A stretch of 64,000 nt of DNA from an uncultured Actinomyces sp. (GCA_964616925.1 CAZTTD010000002.1:810-64809), one strand, 5' to 3'. Shown: positions 28,133 through 38,195, counted from the stretch's first letter. Translations and numbers: made by a program. The notes: generated from the letters alone by a model not told the origin.

Positions 28133-30331
28133 CTACTCCGTCTCACACGCTGTGATCTTGTAAAGGCGGGCACTCCCGCCTTCTGCCACTAACTCAAACC
28201 CAACGGACGTATCCACGTTGTATAGGCCCGGCACTCGGTCAGATCGCGGCACCCCATAGTATGCGCCATCGGGAGCGGAGATGTAATGGGTGATCCCCGC
28301 TTTGATGATCGCGTCGCACACTTCCGGGTCCCAGGTGAGGTCCGCGAACCGATCGACAATCACGTCTTGGGTTGCGCGGTCGGCGTTCAGAAGCGACAGT
28401 TGCGGAAAGTACACCCACCGTTGCCCGATAACCTGGCTATACATGACGCCCGCTTTCGGATCCCCAAGTACGAGGGCGTCTTCCGGTAACAACTCCGGCA
28501 GCTCCCGCATCATATCCAGCATTTCCTGGTCCGCCATTCCGGATTTACCGAGGGCGGTCGCGTCCAGCACACTGCGGGCTGCCCATACCCGTGCATCGAT
28601 CGCACCGAAGGCCGAACCGGCCAGGAGGAGGCCGCCCAAGCAGACGGGAATGATCCGGCGGGCTGCTACGGTATTTGTGCCTTCGAGGTAGTTCCAAAGT
28701 CTCACTGCCCACTGAGCAAGAAGGGCGAAACCGACCGCCATTATGGGGATGAGCGCCAGCGACGCGGGCTCCATTATTCTTCTGCCGTCGTTGAACCAGG
28801 GGCCGACAACCCATGTGCGGATGGTCCAGTCGGGTCCGTATGCGAAGAATGTGATGATGGCGTAGATCAGGTAGGACCAGAGGGGCCACAGAAGTGGGCG
28901 CGGCACTTTCTCCCATTCGAACCAACGTTCCCACCTGGTTGATGGGGTGGTTGCGGGCGGGTTTCCAATGACGTCGTGGGGCCAGCGAGCCTGCGCATTT
29001 GCGGCACTGCGGCGGTTCACTACGCGACTGCCGATGATTCTGACGAACCCGGCAATCATGAGAATCACAAAAACCGTGTTGAACATGATCAAACCGATGG
29101 TCAGACCCCACGGAGGGTTGGGGACCAAAGCCTGAGACAGCCCTGCGTACACACTGACGCCACTTCGCGGGTAGGAGCGCAGCGAATCCATTTCCGGACG
29201 CATCTGCGCCCAGGTGAACACCATGATTGCGAGGACGCCACCGACGAACGTTCCGGCGAAGAGTCCCCACTTTTTCCGCTTTGCGGACCACCAAAGGATG
29301 CGCAACCAGCCGGCTGCGACCGCGGGTATAAGGAGGAAGACTAGGTTGAACGCGTACACCTGGTGGGCGACTACGCCACCTATGGTCGTCAAGACAACCA
29401 GGACTACAAGGATCCCGGTGTGCTTCCACGAACCTCTTAGTGGGCGCCCACCTGTCACTTTGGAGGCGACCACGCGCAGAGCCCCTGGAAGTCCCTTGCG
29501 TGTGTGTACGCCGGAAGAAGCAAGAGCCGATCTGCCGAGCAAGATCATCAAAGTCGCACCGCCCGGCAGGAACGCGACCGACATGGCGTTTGGCCACTGG
29601 GAGTATGCGGTCAGCGCGTCCCCCGGCATGGAGGGCATGACCCCGGCAACGACGGCGGCTGCGGTTGTAGCCATGCGCGACGGATACAACGTATACGTGT
29701 ACACCGCGGCTCCGATGATCCAGATCGCCATCAGCGCCAAAGAGCTGGCGTTTGCCGCTTGGACCGTGGTTGGGCCGGTCGCAAAAAGCGCGGTGAAGGA
29801 GTGCCATCCGATGGGATACGTCTCCGGTGATGTCCCCCCGTAGTTGTGCGACAATCCGGCGCCAGGCGCTCCAATGCCAAGTTGCGTCATGCCCCAAACG
29901 CCGTTGAGGTGGAAAGAAGGATCCCACTGCTGGGGTGGATTGTTTGGCGGTGCGACAAGGATTGTCGGCAGAATCGCTAGGATCCATCCGACGGTTGCCG
30001 CCACCGCAAAGGAGGGGGTGAGGAAACGCATGTCATAGCGCCCTCTCGCGGGGCTGATCCGCTGGGGTTTCAGGAAGAAGAGCGCCGCGCCAATGCCCCC
30101 GATTAAGGCTAGGGCGGGGAGTACCCGCGCCCCCGACCAAAACCAGCCAGCCTCCTCATAACCAAAGGAAAGCAGGAGGATTACGGTGGTTGTTAGCGCA
30201 GGTGAAGCAGCCAGTGCGGCGGGAGCCGGTACCTTTGATAGGCGCAGCCAGAAGTATGTCGTCCCGACCCAGGCAACTACCATGGCAGCTGCCACGCCTA
30301 TCCAGGGCAGCCACTGCGCCAGATATGTCAC
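28133..30331 (-). CDS. large polytopic membrane protein of unknown function (GT-C-like topology)
   Basis: 732-aa ORF with at least 12 hydrophobic segments and a soluble C-terminal domain. I recognise no catalytic motif. Confidence 0.55.
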   Translation of the reverse strand: MTYLAQWLPWIGVAAAMVVAWVGTTYFWLRLSKVPAPAALAASPALTTTVILLLSFGYEEAGWFWSGARVLPALALIGGIGAALFFLKPQRISPARGRYDMRFLTPSFAVAATVGWILAILPTILVAPPNNPPQQWDPSFHLNGVWGMTQLGIGAPGAGLSHNYGGTSPETYPIGWHSFTALFATGPTTVQAANASSLALMAIWIIGAAVYTYTLYPSRMATTAAAVVAGVMPSMPGDALTAYSQWPNAMSVAFLPGGATLMILLGRSALASSGVHTRKGLPGALRVVASKVTGGRPLRGSWKHTGILVVLVVLTTIGGVVAHQVYAFNLVFLLIPAVAAGWLRILWWSAKRKKWGLFAGTFVGGVLAIMVFTWAQMRPEMDSLRSYPRSGVSVYAGLSQALVPNPPWGLTIGLIMFNTVFVILMIAGFVRIIGSRVVNRRSAANAQARWPHDVIGNPPATTPSTRWERWFEWEKVPRPLLWPLWSYLIYAIITFFAYGPDWTIRTWVVGPWFNDGRRIMEPASLALIPIMAVGFALLAQWAVRLWNYLEGTNTVAARRIIPVCLGGLLLAGSAFGAIDARVWAARSVLDATALGKSGMADQEMLDMMRELPELLPEDALVLGDPKAGVMYSQVIGQRWVYFPQLSLLNADRATQDVIVDRFADLTWDPEVCDAIIKAGITHYISAPDGAYYGVPRSDRVPGLYNVDTSVGFELVAEGGSARLYKITACETE

Positions 30332-31116
30332 CGGACTTCGATTTCGGCTGTTTCAGAGTCTTCGGGTTCCTCCGCGGCCTTCTTCGCCCTGCGTTTGTTT
30401 AGAACGACCTCGACGACCATCGGGATGACGGAGACAACCACGATCAAAACGATGATCATTTCTAGGTTGTCATGCACGAATGGCACCCCGCCCAGCGCGG
30501 CCCCTGCCCACGTGATGCCCGCGCCCCAAACCAGAGCCCCCAACATGTTGAACATCATGAAACGTCCGTAGGGGAAGCGTGCGATGCCAGCTGCCAAGGG
30601 CACGAAGGTGCGCACGAACGGAACGAACCTTCCAAGCACCATGGCACGGCCGCCGTAGCGTCCGAAGAAGTTCTCAGCCTGCACCAAGTACTCTGTTTTG
30701 AGGAACCTGGCGTCGTCCTTGAATAGGGCCCGGCCCCACTTCTGACCTATCCAGTAGCCAACTGTGGAGCCCAAGAACGCGGCCACCAAGATGACTCCGA
30801 TCATCACCCACATGTTGATCCCCAACTGGGTGTGAAGTAGACCGGCCGCAAAGATAAGGGAGTCACCGGGCAGGATTGGGAAGAGAACGCCAGATTCCAC
30901 GAAAACTATCAGCGCCACCCCCAAAAGAACCCAGGGTCCCATCGCTATCAGTAGCGATGTTGGGTCCTTGAACCACTCCAGTACGGTGGAAAACCACCCT
31001 CCGTCTTGTGGGAGCAGGGGGAGGGCGTTTGGAAATAGAGAGGAATCCACGAAAAGCATGGCCTCAGTTAGCATGGGTCGCACCGGATCCTTTGGTTGTC
31101 TGCGTTTAGTGAGCAA
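30328..31116 (-). CDS. DedA family (VTT domain) membrane protein
   Basis: FPILPGDSLIFAAG and GRFVPFVRTF motifs. Its stop overlaps the downstream gene's start by 4 nt. Confidence 0.85.
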   Translation of the reverse strand: MLTKRRQPKDPVRPMLTEAMLFVDSSLFPNALPLLPQDGGWFSTVLEWFKDPTSLLIAMGPWVLLGVALIVFVESGVLFPILPGDSLIFAAGLLHTQLGINMWVMIGVILVAAFLGSTVGYWIGQKWGRALFKDDARFLKTEYLVQAENFFGRYGGRAMVLGRFVPFVRTFVPLAAGIARFPYGRFMMFNMLGALVWGAGITWAGAALGGVPFVHDNLEMIIVLIVVVSVIPMVVEVVLNKRRAKKAAEEPEDSETAEIEVR

Positions 31117-31204
31117 CTTTCAGCTGCCGCCGAAAGTGTGCCCACTGGCAACGATCCTATAAAAACAGGCCTCTTTAGGGCAGTAACTGCGTCCAATCTC
31201 AAAT

Positions 31205-33874
31205 TTGGCGGATGGCCCGAATGACTACAGCTTGTACCCGAATGGATACACCCAGTACCCATCTGGCTACACTTGGCCCATGTCTTCCGAAAATGTCGTG
31301 GAATCCGCCGAGGATAGCGGTGACGTTTCGGAAAGCCCCAAACCCATCGTTGAAACGCGGCTTGATCATCCCGTTTACGTATCGGACCGCATCCCGGGGC
31401 GCCAGCGACGACTGGAAGATGCCGCAGAAGTTGCGCTCACTACTGCCGGAATAGCAGTTGTGCTGCTGATGGGTATTTACGCAGCTTCAACAACACAGGG
31501 AGTCGAAGAGGACGTGCGGGCCGCGTTCGACTCCGTGATACGAAGCATCCTGTTCCTTCCACTCAGTGTTTTGGAGGGTTTCTTCGTCATAATCGCACCC
31601 GTCGCCCTGGTTATCGACCTGCTGCGAAGAGGAGAGTTCACCACCACGATCCAAGTGGTGGTGACAGGGATTGCAACATCCCTGATCGGGTGGGGAATCC
31701 TGCTGGGCTTCCCGCACTTACCGGAGGTGCTCACGTCCCCGTTGGAGGTTTCCACCCCAACGGGTCAAATCATGTCTATCAACATTGTGTTCATGGTCAT
31801 TTCCGCCATGACCACCGTCGTTGGGACCAGCGATACATCAAAGTCGGTGAAGTTCACTTGGATCGGCATTTGGATCCTCCTGTTTTTCGCCCTCATACGC
31901 GGCACCGCAACGCTGCCGGGAATCCTCATCACCGTGTTGCTGGGACGACTGTTCGGGTGTGTGGCGCGGTGGATTGGTGGGTTCAACGACCTGAGAGCAA
32001 TGCCCGTGGACCTGGTGGACGCTTCGCTGCGCGTCGGCCTCGACCCCTCACGAATCGTCCGGGTTGACCTGCCCACTGACGACCAACCCCTGGAGACCTG
32101 GGTCATCACGGAGAGCACCCAGAAACCCGACTACCGGCTGGGCCGGATTCACCCGCCGCTGGTCACCGACGCGGTTCCTAAGGAGTCAGACCAGTTCCTA
32201 GTTCCCTCCCAGCACGCGGAGGACTCCGATCGTCAATATCAAATGTGGCTGGAAAATGGGGACATTCTTGACCTACACGTCCTCGACCCCGAAGAAAGCA
32301 TCACCTCGCTGGTCGCAGATATTTGGCAGAACATACGGCTACGCGGGACGGAAAGGCTGATCAGTCCGGCCATAAAGATCAATGCACAACGGGAGATGCT
32401 TGCGGCAGAGACAGTCGCGTCCATGGGAGTGCGCACACCGAAACCCGTGGCCCTTTCCGACGCGGGAAGTTCCGTTGTGGTTTTTTGGGAACCCGTGCCG
32501 CCCACCGTTTCGCTGCTGCGCATGAGGGACGAGGGCGTGGAGATCAGCGACGACGCCCTCGACCAAGCATGGGCGCAACTGAAGATCGCGCACAGCCGCG
32601 ACGTTTGCCACCGCAACATCGATGAGAACGCGTTGACGATGGACACCTCATTCAACGTGTGGATGTTGAACTGGAACCATGCTGATATGGGCTCGAACGA
32701 CTTGGTTCGCCGAATCGACTGCGTCCAAATGCTGGTGTACCTGACTTTGGCGACAGACGTCGATAGGGCTGTGGCCGCGGCGCAACGTCAGATCGGGACG
32801 TCGGAGTTGCTGGCGGTCAGTTTGGTTCTTCAACCAGCCGCGCTGCCTCCGGGATTGAGGGCACGGGCGCGCAAGGCAGGCGTGTTGGATGAGTTGCGTG
32901 ACCGTCTTGCTACGATCGCGCCGCAGGTGAGCCCCGCGGAACCCATCAAGTTGCAGAGGTTCTCCCCACGCACGGTTGTGATGGCGCTGATCCTTGCGAT
33001 CGCGTTGGTTGCGGTCATGGGTTCCTTGAATTTCGAGGCCGTGGCCTCCGCCATCAGAGACGCGAACGTTGTGTGGATTGTGGTCGCGTTCCTGTTGGGC
33101 TCTGCCACGTGGGTGGGTGCGGCAATACCGCTGGTTGCGTTTGCTCCCAAGAAGATCAGTTTGGTGAGTGCAACACTGGCGCAGATGGCAGCCTCCATTG
33201 TCACTTTGGTTGCCCCCGCGGGAATAGGCCCGGCAGCCCTAAACTTGCGGTTCTTGAACAGGGAAAAACTGTCCACACCCGTCGCCGTAGCAACGGTCAC
33301 GTTGGTTCAAATATCGCAGTTCCTCACATCCGTTGTGCTCTTGTTGCTGGTGGTCGTGGGTACGGGTGCCTCCTTGGACCTGGATCTTCCAGTGACAACG
33401 ATCGTGTGGGTGGCGGCAGCCATAGCGACGCTGCTTGCGGCAACTTTGTCGATACGGAAGTTGCGGACGTGGGCTTGGGAAAAACTGCGGCCTTCTTGGG
33501 ATCAGGTTTATCCGCAGCTTCTTTGGATCCTGGGTCATCCGCGCCAGCTCTTGATTGCCGTCGGCGGCAACATGATCATGAACATTGGGTACATCGGCGC
33601 TTTTGGGGCGGCGCTTGCGGCTTTTGGCTATTCCATGAACCCGCTGACATTGGCGCTAACCTACCTGGCGTCCTCCACCGTAGGGTCGGTGATCCCCACA
33701 CCCGGTGGTATCGGACCGGTAGAAGCAGCCCTTACCGCGGGCCTGCAGGTCGCTGGCATTCCCCCTGCCATCGCATTGTCAACGGCAGTGCTCTTCCGTC
33801 TGGTTACGTTCTACGGTCGCATTCCCTTCGGTTGGGTTGCGCTGAAGAGGATGGAGAAGAAGGGGTTGCTCTGA
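31205..33874 (+). CDS. multidomain membrane protein: N-terminal TM region, kinase-like middle domain, C-terminal LPG-synthase-TM/flippase-like (UPF0104) domain
   Basis: The C-terminal third has the MprF-type flippase-like pattern (TPGGIGPVEAAL). The middle has an HRDVCHRNI-type kinase-like catalytic loop. The start is uncertain (TTG 31205 or ATG 31280). Confidence 0.7.
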   Translation: MADGPNDYSLYPNGYTQYPSGYTWPMSSENVVESAEDSGDVSESPKPIVETRLDHPVYVSDRIPGRQRRLEDAAEVALTTAGIAVVLLMGIYAASTTQGVEEDVRAAFDSVIRSILFLPLSVLEGFFVIIAPVALVIDLLRRGEFTTTIQVVVTGIATSLIGWGILLGFPHLPEVLTSPLEVSTPTGQIMSINIVFMVISAMTTVVGTSDTSKSVKFTWIGIWILLFFALIRGTATLPGILITVLLGRLFGCVARWIGGFNDLRAMPVDLVDASLRVGLDPSRIVRVDLPTDDQPLETWVITESTQKPDYRLGRIHPPLVTDAVPKESDQFLVPSQHAEDSDRQYQMWLENGDILDLHVLDPEESITSLVADIWQNIRLRGTERLISPAIKINAQREMLAAETVASMGVRTPKPVALSDAGSSVVVFWEPVPPTVSLLRMRDEGVEISDDALDQAWAQLKIAHSRDVCHRNIDENALTMDTSFNVWMLNWNHADMGSNDLVRRIDCVQMLVYLTLATDVDRAVAAAQRQIGTSELLAVSLVLQPAALPPGLRARARKAGVLDELRDRLATIAPQVSPAEPIKLQRFSPRTVVMALILAIALVAVMGSLNFEAVASAIRDANVVWIVVAFLLGSATWVGAAIPLVAFAPKKISLVSATLAQMAASIVTLVAPAGIGPAALNLRFLNREKLSTPVAVATVTLVQISQFLTSVVLLLLVVVGTGASLDLDLPVTTIVWVAAAIATLLAATLSIRKLRTWAWEKLRPSWDQVYPQLLWILGHPRQLLIAVGGNMIMNIGYIGAFGAALAAFGYSMNPLTLALTYLASSTVGSVIPTPGGIGPVEAALTAGLQVAGIPPAIALSTAVLFRLVTFYGRIPFGWVALKRMEKKGLL

Positions 33875-33957
33875 GCCTGCGGTGGTGCGTTTGCCGTGGC
33901 GAGTTTGCCGGTATTCCGGTCGCCAGCAGACTTGGCCTCTTGCGTGGTTTGTGGGAT

Positions 33958-34026
33958 CTCAAATGTTAGATCGCCGTTGTCGCTTAGCTATAGCGACGAT
34001 CTATCACGGTAACGACGATCTAAGGT
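33958..34026. repeat. palindromic repeat family B, copy 1
   Basis: CTCAAATGTTAGATCGCCGTTGTCGCTTAGCTATAGCGACGATCT...AACGACGATCTAAGG, with inverted AGATCGCCGTT / AACGGCGATCT-type arms. Related copies lie at 38951 and 55441. Confidence 0.8.
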
Positions 34027-34554
34027 GCACGGGATCGCTTCGGAGCCGCGAACATCCTGGCGGAGGCCCCGCAGCGGAGCGTTGACTACGAAATCCCAAG
34101 ACATTCAGAGTCGCGGGGAGCGAAGGGTTGGCGCCATCCGAAACATTCTCTGCCGGCTCACAGCTTTTCAGCGGATGATCGGAGTGATGGTCCAACCTTG
34201 CGTGCCCGGCGCGCAAACTGTGATGGCTGCCCGTATACGGGGGTCCACGATGACGAAGTCGTGGGCTGGAGGTGCGCTGCCGTGGAGAAAATCCCGAACG
34301 TGAGAGCGCTGGTGTAGGGCCGCCGACCCGCCGGGCACCAGGCCGAAGTTTCAAAGCCGAACGTACCGACTACCCTCCTTCAAGTCACACACAATCTCCA
34401 CAACTGATCCGTGGTCCAGTCGGGCTCCTTCGTCAGTCTCTGGAACTCTCCGCCTACCAGGCGTCGCCACGCATGCCAAATTCTGAGGACTGATTAACTA
34501 CACTAAGTTCATGTTATTAAACCGATAACCCGCTTCAAAGATGGGAGGAAGTCA

Positions 34555-34722
34555 GTGAAATCGCGAAAGAAGCACATGGCACTGTCGCTGGCAACGTCGT
34601 CACTCGTCAATTACGGCGGCGTGGGAACGACAGTTAACAGGAGCGTTGGCTCCGTTTCTATGATCAGGGCGTGTTATTCGCGTCCGGCTTTGCTGATGTC
34701 TTGCGGGTCTTGGAGTGGCTGA
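34555..34722 (+). CDS. candidate 55-aa small ORF (below the ORF-track cutoff)
   Basis: GGGAGGA lies 6 nt before the GTG at 34555. It translates to MKSRKKHMALSLATSSLVNYGGVGTTVNRSVGSVSMIRACYSRPALLMSCGSWSG. The stop is 3 nt before the start of the next gene. GC3 is about 65%. Confidence 0.3.
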   Translation: MKSRKKHMALSLATSSLVNYGGVGTTVNRSVGSVSMIRACYSRPALLMSCGSWSG

Positions 34723-34725
34723 CAG

Positions 34726-36462
34726 GTGAGTGGGACCCGCGTGTTGTTTTCCCGCAGTGCGCGGGTATCTGGCTGGGTTGTTGTTTTGTTGGGTGCGGCC
34801 CTTACTGTTCTGAGTGTGGTGTCCTTGGCGGTGACCCACGCTGCTTATGAGGTTCGGTCTGAGCGGACGAACGCGAGGGCGCTCTTGGAGGCACTCGATG
34901 GGGATGCTAACTACTTGTTCCGGTATTCTGTCGCTTCATTTGAAGGTCGTTCCCTTGCGGTTACCTATATTGAGCCCCTGACGGAGAATGCGGAACCTCC
35001 TCCTGGGTTGAAGGGTTGGATGACTCCAGGGGAGGTAGCTGCTTCTCCCGCTGTTGTTGACTCCACGGAGATCTGGGAGCGTTTTGGGCCCATTACCCAG
35101 GTTATTGGTGAAGAAGGTTTGGGTTCACCAACGGAGCGCCTCATTTACGTGCGTCCCCTGAGCAGCGCCAATGACACCGGGATGCTGCCAGCAGAGAGTT
35201 TCGGCCAGTTCTTTTCTTTGGAGCTGGCAAGTGAGGATATTCGGGCCCAACCAGAAGGAATGATGCTGGGGTTGCAGGCTGCATTCTTAGTGGTTCCAGC
35301 CGCTGTCCTCTTGGCGGTGGGGATCTCTTTGAGCACTCCAAGTATTCGCAGGCGCACTGTGATGCTGGAGGTCCTGGGGGCAGACCCAGTGCAAGCTTGG
35401 CGTCTTTCCACCGCAAGGTTAGCTGCGGCGCTCAGTATCGGAGCTCTGCTCGCGGGGGTAGTATCCGCCCTCGTTTCCAGCATTGGCCTGCGAATAGGAG
35501 ATTTTCAGATTTCTGGGGCGACCCTGACCTCGCATTGGCAGCAGATGCTGGGGTTCTGGGGATTGGGTTGCCTTCTGATCTTTGCGCTGGCGGCCGCGCA
35601 AACGGTTCCGTGGGGTGCGCAAGAAAAGCAGCGGGTCCAGGTCAAACAGAAACGCTATTCCGCTTTGATCGCGTTTTCTGCTTTCATTCTTATCTTGGGC
35701 CTGGGCTGGCTGATGCTCAGTATTGCCAGGATTGGGCAGCCACGCTGGATATACCTCCTGTTCCTCGGGGCAGTGGTTGTCGCTGCCGGTTCCACCACCA
35801 TGGTGGGCTGGGCCCTTCAACGCATCTCCCAGTTCATTTTGGGTTTGGGTAAGCGAACCAGTAACGCGGTCCTCCTCATCACAGGAGCTGAGGGTACCCA
35901 TGGAAGAGGTCGTGGCGCATTCGCGGGCGCAGCCGTAGTGATCTCTATCTTTATTAGTGTCCAGGTAGCGACCTACGCAATGATGCTGGGATCATCCAAC
36001 ACAGAGGCTCTTGAGTATCAGGCAAAGTTCGCGGACAAGGTGGTTGCCGTTGAGTTAGGTAACGCTCCCGAAACCACCCCACAGGCCGTGGAGGCGTTCC
36101 TTGACGATCTACCCAGCGGCACACAAAACACCATGGTGACGCAATCTTTGTCGGGATCTGACACGAACTTGGTGGTGGAGTGGAGGCAGTGGATGCTCCC
36201 GGGAAGCCAGGTCAGTGCAAACTCGATGACGCTGATGCGGGAAGCACTGTTCGGAGCCTTCGGCACCCTTCCGGAGGAGGCAGCACAGCGTGAAACCGCC
36301 CTCGACACCGAACTCCGCGACTCAGTTGCGAACCTACTGTTTAACACTGTGGCTGAACAGGGGGCGGCCCTGATCATTGCCACCCACGACCCTGCGCTTT
36401 CTGCCTCCGCTGATGCAACGTACGTTCTGTCCGAGGGCGAAGCCGGCGGCTACACACCCTAA
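34726..36462 (+). CDS. FtsX-like ABC permease fused to a C-terminal remnant of an ABC ATPase (possibly degenerate)
   Basis: TM1, a large loop and an FtsX-type TM bundle are followed by more TMs. The last 55 aa (ETALDTELRDSVANLLFNTVAEQGAALIIATHDPALSASADATYVLSEGE) match only the post-Walker-B tail of MacB/LolD-type ATPases. No Walker A or LSGGQ is present. Confidence 0.65.
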   Translation: MSGTRVLFSRSARVSGWVVVLLGAALTVLSVVSLAVTHAAYEVRSERTNARALLEALDGDANYLFRYSVASFEGRSLAVTYIEPLTENAEPPPGLKGWMTPGEVAASPAVVDSTEIWERFGPITQVIGEEGLGSPTERLIYVRPLSSANDTGMLPAESFGQFFSLELASEDIRAQPEGMMLGLQAAFLVVPAAVLLAVGISLSTPSIRRRTVMLEVLGADPVQAWRLSTARLAAALSIGALLAGVVSALVSSIGLRIGDFQISGATLTSHWQQMLGFWGLGCLLIFALAAAQTVPWGAQEKQRVQVKQKRYSALIAFSAFILILGLGWLMLSIARIGQPRWIYLLFLGAVVVAAGSTTMVGWALQRISQFILGLGKRTSNAVLLITGAEGTHGRGRGAFAGAAVVISIFISVQVATYAMMLGSSNTEALEYQAKFADKVVAVELGNAPETTPQAVEAFLDDLPSGTQNTMVTQSLSGSDTNLVVEWRQWMLPGSQVSANSMTLMREALFGAFGTLPEEAAQRETALDTELRDSVANLLFNTVAEQGAALIIATHDPALSASADATYVLSEGEAGGYTP

Positions 36463-36644
36463 AACAAACAAGCCAACGTCACTGGACTCAAGTGGGGCCG
36501 AACTCCGGCTTTAACCACGGAATTCACCTTGACACAACACGATGTCATTGACGCGCCACGAGGGCACTGCAAGCCTATTCTGCGTTATCCCGAATCCCAA
36601 AGGGACGTCAAGGTGGTCCAAGTCCTAGCTCAAATCGCCCTCGC

Positions 36645-38009
36645 TCAGATCTTGCGGTCCCAATCGGGGATAGCGCCGGGGGAGCCGGGAGCCACGCGGA
36701 TAAGCAACGCGCCCGCATCCACGCGTGCATGGATTGTCCGGGCGGTCCCGATGGGATCACCGTCGACCTGCACCGGGTAGGGCTTGGATATGTCCGCACG
36801 TGCGTCGGAGGCTTGGCGGAACTGGATTTGCGCAATGTCGTGCTTCGTATTGACGGGCTGAATACCGGCCTGGTTGACGAAAATCTTGGCGGACAGATAC
36901 GCCCACCCCAGAAGCCCACCCTTCGTGTCGATCGCTATGACGTCCAGTTTTCCATCGTCTACGAGGGCGTCCGGTGCCAGCTGCGCGAAAGGCAAGTCCC
37001 CGCAGTTGGCGAAGAGGATGGTGCGGGCCCGCACAGCTGTCATATCCCAGCTCTTGTGGGAGCGGATCGGCGGGTTCACTCCGTCAGGGGAACCCAGGGT
37101 GTGTGATGCCTCTACTGCTTCTTGGACAGCTCGGGGGATCGGGAGGCTGCCAGGTAGTTTCCTGCGCTGGAGCTTTCCCGGAGCATTGTCGTTGGGCTCC
37201 TTGAAGACGGTCACGGTGGCTTTCATGCGCTCGATCCGCAGTGAGGACAATGCCGTGAATACGTATGCGCTCCAGCCGACTCTCTTTTTGAGAGTCGGTG
37301 TTGTTTGAGCCATGGTTTCGCCGTCAAAACCGACGCCTGCGATGACCATGTAGGAGTACTCATTTTCCCTGGGTTCCCGCACCCCGTCTGGGTAGGTTCG
37401 CACGTCCGTAGCCCGGGCTTGGAGAAGCAACGCGCCCTCCGCTGGATACTCCGACGGAACGTCAACCCGTTCGGCCCGCAACCAGGCTATGTCTACGCGG
37501 CGACTAACGGGGTTCAATGCGATCTGGATCGCTAACTCAGGGTCCAGAGGAATGTTCAGATTTCGCGCTAGGAGGTTGCCGGTTCCCATTGGGAGAAGTC
37601 CCATGGGGGTGCGCGAATGGGCCATCGCTGCCGCAACCGCCCGAACCGTGCCATCTCCACCAGCGGCGATTACCAACGACGCGTTGTTGCGGAGCGCCTC
37701 GATGGCCTGTCCCGTGCCGGGGTCGGCAACAGTCGTTTCCAACCATCGGGGAGGGCGCCCGGTAGCCCGCTCAACCTCCCCGTCAATGAGAGCCTTGAAC
37801 TTTTCATAGTTGGAAGGCTTGATCGGATTTACGATCACCCAGATATCACGAACTAAAAGTCCGTCTGACCCGTGCGCTTCATGCGGTGCCACGTACGGAA
37901 TCCGTGTTGAGCGTCGCTTGGCGGTGTACACCATTGCGACCGCCACAATGGCGACGAGGACGATGATCGACAAGGAAACGATTGCCAAAATCAAGGAAGT
38001 GTCAGCCAT
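36645..38009 (-). CDS. diacylglycerol/lipid kinase (DAGK catalytic domain, YegS/LCB5-like) with N-terminal TM anchor
   Basis: VIVNP..., AAGGDGTVRAV and LPMGTGNLLARNL motifs. Confidence 0.85.
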   Translation of the reverse strand: MADTSLILAIVSLSIIVLVAIVAVAMVYTAKRRSTRIPYVAPHEAHGSDGLLVRDIWVIVNPIKPSNYEKFKALIDGEVERATGRPPRWLETTVADPGTGQAIEALRNNASLVIAAGGDGTVRAVAAAMAHSRTPMGLLPMGTGNLLARNLNIPLDPELAIQIALNPVSRRVDIAWLRAERVDVPSEYPAEGALLLQARATDVRTYPDGVREPRENEYSYMVIAGVGFDGETMAQTTPTLKKRVGWSAYVFTALSSLRIERMKATVTVFKEPNDNAPGKLQRRKLPGSLPIPRAVQEAVEASHTLGSPDGVNPPIRSHKSWDMTAVRARTILFANCGDLPFAQLAPDALVDDGKLDVIAIDTKGGLLGWAYLSAKIFVNQAGIQPVNTKHDIAQIQFRQASDARADISKPYPVQVDGDPIGTARTIHARVDAGALLIRVAPGSPGAIPDWDRKI

Positions 38010-38195
38010 TCCCTAAGGGTATCGGTTTGTGCGTAAACGCGGGCAGTGGGCGGTCAAGGCGCTGGCACAGATGCGCGGTTTACTGCGGCACTCCATTGCG
38101 TGGGGCAGTGATTACAGCGGGAGGGTCGCGTCGCCCTCCCAAACGGTGCTTGCGATAGGTTGGAATAATAGGACTAAACGTCAAAGGAGACCGCC

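Noticed and set aside
28545-29987. 480-aa minus-strand ORF overlapping the 732-aa membrane protein gene in another frame
   Set aside because: It is an Arg/Pro/His-rich alternative frame of a clearly hydrophobic polytopic protein. It has no independent signals.
34080-34340. ydaO (c-di-AMP) riboswitch-like fragments (GCGGGGAGC, ACGGGGGUCCA, AAUCCCGAAC)
   Set aside because: The conserved 3' ACAGCUAACCUCGUAAGCG-type segment and the pseudo-twofold architecture are not present. The resemblance is limited to short G-rich strings.
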